The translations under genes and the position numbers were made by a program. Under the pieces are notes generated by a model that was given only the letters and a program-made list of their open reading frames with translations, was not told where the DNA came from and did no database searches. DNA of 64,000 nt, from contig JBHGNT010000010.1 of NCBI GenBank assembly GCA_043228905.1, positions 12,772,001 through 12,836,000 on the forward strand. The letters are read 5' to 3'. This DNA comes from Azolla caroliniana (taxonomy: Eukaryota > Plantae > Polypodiophyta). Every line of letters starts with the position of its first letter. The first letter of the stretch is position 1. Positions 54,346 through 64,000 of this stretch are shown here, one piece after another.

Positions 54346-57300
54346 TTTTTTTTTTTTCCAAAAAAAAAAACTACTTCCATTAGTTAAGCAATGTACAATT
54401 GATAATTTACAACTCATGTATCTTATAAGACATCATGGAAAACAATATGTGTAGATGAGACAACATAAAAAAATAACTCCAAAGCACCATATCATTCGAT
54501 GTGTATAGCATAACTCGAATGCATATTCTCCACGTGAGCCTCATACAAGCAGAATTCAGAATAGATGTCCTCCATTCGCTACTGAAGGAAACACCCATCT
54601 AGATGTTAGGTACACTTGGAGGGAACAGCCACCATGGTGGTTGATAATTCCACTTCACTTTACCATCCATTATCTGTATGATCGACGAACCGCTCCATTT
54701 CAGTAAGAAACGAGCTCTCGCTTCTTCACTTGCGTCAGATGACCCTTGAAGACTTTCAAACTCACCTCATAACGTAGAAATAAGATTGAACCAGATCATC
54801 ATTAGAATCTCAGCCGGTGGGGTTCGTTTACTTGCGAAGGTCTCCTTGCACCTAGATACCCACACTTGCCAGACCGTAAAGGCCGACCACTAATACCCAT
54901 ATGTCCACGCAACGTTCCTGTAAGAAAAATAAACCTCCTTGCACTGGTTGCACAGATCCTTGTATCACCTTTAAAGAAGGACTGTTTCCATTCCACCCTT
55001 GAAATCACGAGGCCGATTCAATGGCCAACCAAGTGATTACTGCGCTCGATACATGAACCTCAACCCCGAATTGAGCCAAGATTCTTAAGCTCCTCAACCA
55101 AATTTCTTGCGCTCGAGGACAACACCACAAACAATGAGCGATGTCCTCCAAGCTCGCACTACAGGCCTTGCAAGCACTCATGCCGCCTCTATTCCCAAGC
55201 CACTCTCCTGTTGGAATAGCCCGATGGGTGATTAACCAGAAAACACTTTGATCCGCTCGAGAAGGGATGAGTTGCATATCCTGCTCCTAGTTCTATCCAC
55301 GAAGGCTAAATCGATAGCTGCATGGGACCACTTGTTGGCACACTTCTCACGATACGAACCTAACTTTCTCCCCAACCACGTTGAGTATTCGAAGAAACCT
55401 AATGATTTATTTTGTTCTCCCTTCCACGTATATTCAACGGGATCCCATTCTACGCGCTCGAGAGGCTTGCCTTCAACCACGTACAAGATCCAATCCTCCT
55501 CAACCTCTTCGACTGGTGGATTCACCTTCCATTTCTTTCCGGCTCTTGCCACAATTCTAATCGGGTACCAGCCTGCACTTTCATCTAATAATCCAATCTG
55601 GACGGTCTTCCCATTCTTTTCTAAACCCCTGACATTGATAATTTTTCCGGTATCATCACATTGTCCGGACCATTCACCCTCTTCCTCATTACCAATAGGA
55701 AGCGAGGAGACAGCTGTATTGACTACGTCAAGCATCTTTCTGCCATTTCTAACCTTTCCCAAGTCTTCATATAGTTGATCACGATTATTGTCGGACAACC
55801 GCATCCAATCAGCCACCGAGTGTATCCCTAGACAATACAATGTAGCCCACGGCATGTGCTTGCTTTGTCCAAGCATCGTTCCTTCTGGTGATTGTACGAT
55901 CTCGTTCCACTATAGGGGTTGGCGCATCCATTCAGCACTAGTACTTGGACGATTCCGACTTAGATGCCCACGGAGCATACTCCACACCTGCATCACTAAC
56001 ATACAAGTACGATCAGCCAACCGGTTAGATTTCCTCAACTTTAAGGCCATACAAAAAGGCCACGCTTTGTGTGACTTCCAATGCCCACCTAGTCTTGGAC
56101 TCTAGACAATGCTCCTATTATGTATCAATGTTTTCCATAACTCGTTACCAGGTAGCAAGCTCCTTACCAATACCTTACATAACAATGCTTGACTTTGCAA
56201 TCCAGGGTCAATCAATCCTAAACCCCCCTTACTCTTGGGAAGAACCAACGTAGACCATGATACTTTGGCTGCCGCGTTGTCTTTCCTCATCCCAGCCCAA
56301 AGGAATCCCCAAATACACGCGTTAACATTACGAATAACTTGCTTCTCAAACATCCACACTGAAACTGCATGCCATAATGTAGACAAGAGCACTTGGTTAG
56401 CTACTATGATCCTGCCAGGCAATGATAAGTTCATCCCTGACCAGTTGCGAATTTTGTCACAGATTTTGCTTTGAATTTGTTGCAATTGAATTCCTTTTTC
56501 GATATCTACCCCTATCCACATTCCCAGATACCGAGTGGCTTCCCCGTTTGCAATCCATTTGAATTCAACATTTGGCTTCCAAACATGCTGAGACTCCAAG
56601 CTGATCCAAAAACCCTTAGACTTCTTCCAATTGATGGACGCTCCCGATGCCTTGCAAAAGAGCTCAATAGCACTTTGTGCCCTCTCAAGATTCACTTCAT
56701 TTCCTTGGAGGTATAGCATAGTATCGTCCGCGAACTCCGAGTCCAACAGGGACTTCCTTGAATTAGGGATCGAAAGACCATGAAGATTTGCCCCTTGATT
56801 GTTAAAAAGGGCAGACATTGCTTCAATAATAAAAAGGAAAAGAAAGGGGGCAAGAGGACAACCCTGCCTGATGGATCGAGTTTGAAAGATTCGAGCTCCT
56901 TTCCTCCTTGCAATCAACACCTTACTCGAGCCATTCCTATATAAGACTTGGGCAACACACCTCCACTCCAAAGGTAGCTCAATGACATTCATCATTTCTT
57001 CACAGAAAGACCATTGCACTCGATCATAGGCTTTCTCGAAGTCGAGCATCAAACAGGTGAAGTTTTGATTAGTCTCCTTCGCTGTTGCAACAGCTTCCCA
57101 AAACAAAATCACGTTGTCCATAATAGAACGATGCTCCATGAAACCGGTTTGATTGGACTGGATGATGCCTCCTAGGAAGGGCTTGATTCTCTACACTAAT
57201 ATGTTAGCAAATTTTTTATAAATTAGATTTAAAATTGTAATGGGCCTCCATTGTCTGATATCGTGCAACGTAGTCTCCGATTTCGGAATCAAGTAGATCA

Positions 57301-57957
57301 AGCCTTCATTGAAGCTACTCGGCATCCGTCCTGTTCTCCACATCTCTTGTAGTCGAGCTTTCAAGCTTGCAAAAATTTTCTCCCAAAACTCCTTGAAGAA
57401 GGCTTTGGGAAGGCCGTCAGCACCAGGACAAGCCATACTATGTATCTTGTCTAGCCCCGCTACAATCTCTTCCTCCTATATGGCTTTTGACAACTGCGCT
57501 TTAGTTGCCTCTCCGATCCTGGTCTTCAAGCATGTAATTACATCATGCATCAGGTTACTCAGAGGGTTGTTTGTCAACCTAGGAGCGAGAAGGTCGTTGT
57601 AGTAATTAGTCACAATTTGCAAGATTTCCTCTTGATCAAACGTCATTGAGTCATCCTCCCGTTTGAGACTATGAATATGTGTTCCCCTCCTTTTCCGAGT
57701 TTTGGTAAGAAAAAACTCCCTGTTAACTTTATCACCCTTGATAGCCAACCATGCTGCCGACTTTCTCAAGAGGAATTGCTCATGTTGATGTCTAACTTCC
57801 TCCAGCAACCTAGTGGCCTCCTGCAGCCTGTCTTTCGCCCAAGCACAACATGGGTCCACTTGCGTGAGCTTTTGAGCTAAGATGACTGCCTTCCTCAGGC
57901 ATTGCAAATGGTATTCACACCTTACCAGCTCCTCCCTAGCCACTTTCTGAAGAAACA
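54346..57957 (-). mobile_element. L1-like LINE family A copy 2, lacking 5' part
   Basis: T run 54346-54357; RT motifs WRPITIL, LDFEKAYD, RQGCPLAP, FADD; CKAC..EDIAHCLWCC; roughly 90-95% similar to copy 1 by eye. Confidence 0.95.
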
Positions 57958-60091
57958 AACAATTATAGTTTGGATAACTCAATACAATTTCAAACAATAT
58001 GCATAGATTGCAGAATAATGGTCAACAGTCGATGAGCATTGCACAATATTTCTTTATCTATAACAAAGGACTAGAATGGTACATTAACTAATTCATTTAC
58101 TAAATCAATTCCATTGTAATCAAGTAGATATACCATATATCATGAGTTAATGTGGTGTCGATAAAAACCGTTGGAATTATTAAATCTTAATAACGAGAGT
58201 GTGTTTTAATTATCCTAAGTTAAACGGTAATGCTTGCGCAAAATATAACTATTATTTATTTCTAATCAATCATTGCAATATTAAAAAGCACACAGGATGT
58301 GATCCATTGTAGTCTAGTTCGTTAGGATACTCGGCTCTCACATATATTAAATTTCCGACGAGAGACCCGGGTTCAACTCCCGGCAATGGAAACGACAATA
58401 TCATATGCTCAATTTCTGACGCATATCATGTGTTAACTGTTTCATAACTCAAACACTCATGACCTAAAGTAGTTGTTACAATAACGTAAAATTAACAAAA
58501 TAATTAATATTATGTTTGAAGGATTGATGACAAACTTTACTTTGATTTTTTTCTCCTACCATCAATTTCTAAACTTAATCCCATTATTCAAATAATGGTA
58601 GAGGTTTCGAATCAAATTGGAAAAAACATTATGTTGTTCGGGACAAGAAGAAGTAGTATATTTGGTTGTGGTTATTCCTCAACATTGTTACGACAACTTA
58701 GTACACCAACAGTTATAGTTTGGATAACTCGATACAATTTTAAACAATATGCATAGATTGCAGAATAATGGTCAATTGTCGATGAGCATTGCGCCATGTT
58801 TCTTTATTTGTAACAAAGGACAAGAATGGTACATTAACTAATTTATTTACTAAATGAATTCCATTGTAATCAAGTCGCCTCGGATCTTTGCTTTTTACCT
58901 GAGATGCACGGGTACAAGTAGATATATCATATATCATTAGTTAATGTGGCATCGATAAAAACCCTTGAAATTATAAAATCTTAATCACGAGAGTGTGTTA
59001 GAATAATCCTCAGTTTCTCGTGGCTGCTTGCACAATATATAAATATTATTTATTACTAATCAATGATAGTAATATTAAAAAGCACACAAAATGTGATTCA
59101 CAAGACGCATGGGTACAATTACAGGCATAGGAAAAACTAGATACATCGTAGCTCATGAGATAATTTCGCATCGATAAAAGCTGGTGAACTTATTAAATCT
59201 TAAAAATGAGAGTGTGTTAGAATAATCCTCTGTTTCTCCTTGATGCTTGCGCAATATATATATATTATTTATTACCAATCAATGACTACAATATTAAAAA
59301 GGGCACAAGATGTGATCCATTGTAGTCTAATTGGTTAGAATACTCGACTCTCACCCGAGAGACCGGGGCTCAACTCCGGGGAATAGAAAGGACAATATCA
59401 TATATCAAATTTTGCGACGCGTGTCATGTGTTAATTGTTTCATAACTCAAAGAATCAACACCTAAAGTAGTTACAAAAATGTACAATTAACAAAATAATT
59501 AATATTATGTTTCAAAGATTGATGACGAACTTTACTTTGATTTTTTTATCCTAACATCAATTTCTAAACTTAATCCCATTATTCGATTAATAGTAGAGGT
59601 TTCGAATGAAATTGGACAAAACATTATGTTGTTCCGGACAACAAGAAGCAATATATTTGGTAGTGGTTATTCCTCAACATTGTTACGACAAATTAGTACA
59701 CCAACAATTATAGTTTGGATAACTCGATAGAATTTCAGACAATACGCAGAGATTGCAGAATAATGGTCAACTGTCGATGAGCATTGCACCATATTACTTT
59801 ATCTGTAACAAAGGACTAGAATGGTACATTAACTAATTCATTTAATAAATGAATTGCATTGTAATCCAGTTGCCTCGGATCGTTACTTTTTACCTGAGAC
59901 GCCCGGGTAGAAGTAGATATATCATCTATCATGAGGTAATGCGGCATCGATAAAAACCCTTGAAATTATTAAATGTTAAAAACGAGAGTGTGTTAGAATA
60001 ATCCTCAGTTTTTCGGTAATGCTTGCGCAAAATATAAATATTATTTATTTCTAATCAATGATTGCAATATTAAAAAGCACACAGGATGTGA

Positions 60092-60164
60092 TCAATTGTA
60101 GTCTAGTTGGTTAGGATACTCGGCTCTCACACGAGAGACCCGGGTTCAACTCCCGGCAATGGAA
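60092..60164 (+). tRNA. tRNA-Glu(CTC), 2 substitutions from consensus
   Basis: A/B boxes and T arm intact; one acceptor and one anticodon-stem mismatch. Confidence 0.65.
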
Positions 60165-62044
60165 ACAACAATATCATATATTAAATTTCATCACATATAT
60201 CATGTGTTAACTATTTCATAACTCAAAAACTGACGACCGAAAGTAGTTGTTATAATAATGTAAAATTAACAAAATAATCAATATTATGTTTGAAGGATTG
60301 ATGACAAACTTTATTTTGATTTTCTTCTCCTAACATCAATATTTAAACTTAATCCCATTATTCGATTAATGGTAGAGGTTTCGAATGAAATTGGATAAAA
60401 CATTATGTTGTTCGGAACAACAAGAACCACTATATTTGGTTGTGGTTATTCCTCAACATTGTTTCGACAAATTAGTACACCAACAATTATAGTTTGGATA
60501 ACTCGTTACAATTTCAAACAATACGCATAGATTGCAAAATAATGGTCAACTGTCGATGAGCATTGCACCATGTTTCTTTATTTGTAACAAAGGACGAGAA
60601 TGGTACATTAACTACTTTATTTACTAAATGAATTCCATTGTAATCATGTTGCCTCGGATATTTGCTTTTTACCTGAGACTCCCGGGTCCAAGTAGATATA
60701 TCATATATCATGAGGTAATGTGGCATCGATAAAAACCTTTGAAATTATTAAATCTTAAAAACGAGACTGTGTTTTAATTATCCTGAGTTAAACTATGATG
60801 CTTGCACAATATATAAATATTATTTATTGCTAATCAATGATTGCAATATTAAAAAGTACACAATATATGATCTATTGTAGTCTAGTTGGTTAGGATACTC
60901 GGCTCTCACCCGAGAGACCCGGGTTCAACTCCCGCGAATAGAATGGACAATATCATGTATCGAATTTTCCGACGCATGTCATGTGTTAAGTGTTTCATAA
61001 CTCTAAAACTCTAGACCTAAAGTAGGTGTTACAATATTGTACAATTAACAAAATAAAAAAAATTATGTTTGAAGGATTGATGACAAACTTTTCTTTGATT
61101 TTTCTCCTAACATCAATTTCTAAACTTAATCCCATTATTCAATTAATGGTAGAGGTTTCAAATGAAATTGGACAAAACATTATGTTGTTTGGGACAACAA
61201 GAAGCAGTATATTTGGTTGTGGTTGTTCCTCAATATTGTTACAACAAATTAGTACACCAACAATTATAGTTTGTATAACTTGATACAATTTCAAACAATA
61301 CACATAGATTGCAAAATAATAGTCAACTGTCGATGCGCATTGCACCATGTTTCTTTACTTGTAACAAAGGACTAGAATGGTACATTAAGTAATTCATTCA
61401 CTAAATGAATTCCATTGTAATCAAGTCGCCTGGCATAGTGGCTTTTTACTTGAGACGCTCGAGTACAAGTTGATAAAGAACTTTACTTTGATTTTTTTCT
61501 CCTAACATCAATTTCTAAACTTAATCTCATTATTCAATTAATAGTAGACGTTTCAAATAATCCCATTATTCAAAACATTATGTTATTTGGGACAAGAAGA
61601 AGTAGTATATTTAGTCATGGTTATTGCTCCACATGGTTATAATTATAGTTTGGATAACTTGGTACAATTTTCAAAAATACGCATAGATTGTCGAATAATG
61701 GTGAATTCTCGATGAGCATTGCACCATATTTCTTTATTTGAAGAAGACTACTAGAATATTACATTAACTAATTCATTTACTAAATGAATTCCATTGTAGT
61801 CTAGTTGGTTCGGATCCCAGTTTTTTACATGAGACTCCCGGGTACAACAATAGGCATTGGAAAAACTAGATACATCATAGATTACGCGTTAATGTGGCAA
61901 CGATAAAAACCCTTAAAATTATTAAATCTTAAAAATGAGAGTGTGTTAGAATAATCCTCAGTTTCTCGTTGATGCTTGCGCAATATATAAATATTATTTA
62001 TTAGTAATCAATGATTGCAATATTAAAAAGTACACAAGATATGA

Positions 62045-62117
62045 TCCATTGTAGTCTAGTTGGTTAGGATACTCGCCTCTCACCCGAGAAACCCGGGTTC
62101 AACTCCTGGCAATGGAG
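62045..62117 (+). tRNA. tRNA-Glu(CTC)-like copy
   Basis: Acceptor stem intact, A/B boxes intact, one anticodon-stem mismatch. Confidence 0.6.
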
Positions 62118-62894
62118 AAAACAATATCATAGATTAAATTTCCGACGCATATTAGGTGTTAACTCAAAAACTCATTGTTACTCATTCTCCTAAATTCAAT
62201 TTCTAAACTTAATCCCATTATTCCATTAATGGTAGAGGTTTTAAATGAAATTGGACAAAACATTATGTTGTTGGGGACAACAAGAAGCAGTATATCTAGT
62301 TGTGGTTATTCCTCAACATCATAGATCATGAGTTAATGTCGCACCGATAAAAACCCTTGAAATAATTAAATCTTAAAAACAAGAGTGTGTTAGAATAATC
62401 CTCTGTTTCGCGTTGATGCTTGAGCAATATATAAATATTATTTATTACTAATCAATGATTGCAATATTAGAAAGTGCACAAGATGTGTTTCATTGTAGTT
62501 TAGTTGGTTAGAATACTCGGTTCTCACCCGAGAAACCTGGGTTCAACTCCCGGGAATGGAAAGGACAATATAATATATCAATTTTTGCGACGCATGTCAT
62601 GTGTTAACTGTTTGATAACTCAAAAACTCAAGACCTAAAGTACTTGTTACAATAATGTACAATTAACAAAATAATCAATATTATGTTTGAAGGATTGATT
62701 AAGAAGTTTGCTTGGATTTTTTTCTCTTAACATCAATTTCTAAACTTAATCCCATTATTCAATTAATAGTAGAGGTTTCAAATGAAATTTGACACAACGT
62801 TATGATGTTGGGGACAAGAAGAAGCAGTATATTTAGTCGTGGTTATTCCTCAACATTGTTACGACCAATGAGTACACCAACAATTATAGTTTGG

Positions 62895-63112
62895 TACTTC
62901 TGTCAGTCCTTTTGAGGACTTGTATAAAAGTGCTCTCGGAGCACAGTTGTATGTATAGAGTGTTATTTTGAATTTTAGTTTTATTGTTCTGCTCTCTCTG
63001 TGTCTCCTTTGTACTCTCTCTCTCTCTCCATTGTTCTCAGTGTTTACCATTCTCTGTTACTGTCCGGCTAAGCCGGGTGTGTCTATTTAACTTCTGCACA
63101 CTAATCTTTACA
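62895..63112 (+). mobile_element. Truncated LTR of a related copia family
   Basis: TACTTCTGTCAGTCCTTTTGAGGACTTGTATAAAAGTG..TGTATAGAGTGT..CTTCTGCACACTAATCTTTACA resembles the 3' half of LTR 13387-13850; no PBS follows. Confidence 0.75.
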
Positions 63113-63173
63113 TGTTTGCAATAAAAAACCACCAACATCATGGAGTGAGAGATTTAGTGAATTGTTCTGGCAG

Positions 63174-63347
63174 AGGCTGGTTGGAGATTTCTTGTCTAAT
63201 TATATCTTCTTGGTTGTTGGAAGAGTGGGTTCGAGCACTGATCTCATTGCCCAAAGGGTTGAATATGTTCCGGATCAAGAGAAACGAAGCACGTTGATGG
63301 ATCATATTCATTCTCAGAAGGCAAATGGAAGTCAAGGGGAACGAAAG
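63174..63347 (+). pseudogene. DDX3/Ded1-type DEAD-box RNA helicase exon (RH11/RH37/RH52-like)
   Basis: CAG|RLVGDFLSNYIFLVVGRVGSSTDLIAQRVEYVPDQEKRSTLMDH..|GTAAC; 174 nt, phase 0. Confidence 0.88.
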
Positions 63348-63436
63348 GTAACATGCGTGAATTTGAGTTATGGATTGCTGATACATAAATATTTGTAGTC
63401 TGAACATTTTGATATTCTCTCTTTCTCTTATACTAG

Positions 63437-63661
<225 letters not shown>

Positions 63662-63980
63662 TGAAAATAATAGTTATCTATATTGGGGTAAAGCCTTGAG
63701 TAGAGAAGATAGTAATTATCTACACTTTCATAATATGTTTTTGAATCAGGCATTGGATATATGCTCTCTTTTAATGTTCACATTTGCTAAAGGTTGTTGA
63801 GGAATTTTGCACACATTTTTTGGTCCTATAGTCAATAATTGGTTTGTAGAGACACGACATCCATAAATGAAGATGTAGATCTCTACAAATTTTAATTGTG
63901 ACCTTAAGGAACTGTAAGTTTGCAGTAATGGATTAGAAGGGAATTCCATATTATAACCATGTTTTATGCATTGGATGTAG

Positions 63981-64000
63981 GAACGTGAGCATGCTTTACG
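63981..64000 (+). pseudogene. Start of next DDX3-type helicase exon (runs off window)
   Basis: TAG|GAA CGT GAG CAT GCT TTA CG = EREHALR, the expected continuation after HGDRTQQ. Confidence 0.75.

Larger units (their letters stand above)
57958..62894 (+). repeat. tRNA-Glu satellite array, block 5 (array terminus)
   Basis: tRNA copies at about 58303, 59315, 60092, 60871, 62045, 62488; unit sequence stops at CAATTATAGTTTGG (62894). Confidence 0.96.

Noticed and set aside
57958-58125. Long target-site duplication for LINE A copy 2
   Set aside because: Right flank resumes earlier in the unit but belongs to a different unit subtype than the left flank; a later deletion is more likely
5409-61348. 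Many 60-100-aa ORFs in satellite blocks (e.g. 5409-5636, 25507-25782, 61026-61283) that resemble each other
   Set aside because: Chance open frames of the repeated unit; frames and stops are not conserved between copies and no protein motifs are present
1-62894. CRISPR array or prokaryotic defence system
   Set aside because: Spacers are homologous rather than unique, unit is ~790 bp, no cas genes; context is eukaryotic (spliceosomal introns, LTR elements, LINEs)
1-62894. Cluster of independent tRNA-derived SINE insertions
   Set aside because: Copies are strictly head-to-tail with shared spacers and lack individual tails and TSDs; a SINE origin of the founding monomer cannot be excluded
1-62894. 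5S rDNA, telomeric repeats or dicistronic tRNA-snoRNA
   Set aside because: No 5S sequence or TTTAGGG arrays recognised; the downstream TGATGA has no suitably placed box D before the T run

Overview
Eukaryotic, heterochromatin-like plant DNA, probably from a non-seed land plant (inferred from the Tcn1-like chromovirus and the DDX3 exon sequence). About 38 kb is a head-to-tail, + strand tandem array of a ~790-bp AT-rich unit carrying a cytosolic tRNA-Glu gene or pseudogene (about 50 near-full copies plus partials, counted by eye). The unit appears to be a trimer of ~250-280-bp monomers: one well-preserved tRNA-Glu, one decayed copy and one barely recognisable copy. The array is interrupted by (1) a 5'-truncated L1-like LINE (12465-20635, -) with a nested full Ty1/copia element (13387-19075, +); (2) a second L1-like family with a 17-bp TSD (32020-38494, -); (3) a full Ty3/gypsy chromovirus (41354-46866, -) with a self-priming-type PBS, a -1 frameshift signal and tRNA-like A/B boxes in its LTR; (4) a second copy of the first LINE family at the equivalent site of the repeat unit (54346-57957, -). 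The array ends at ~62894 against a copia LTR remnant and three exons of a decaying DDX3/Ded1-type DEAD-box helicase gene. All TE ORFs carry stops or frameshifts. Alignments were done by eye; counts and identities are approximate.
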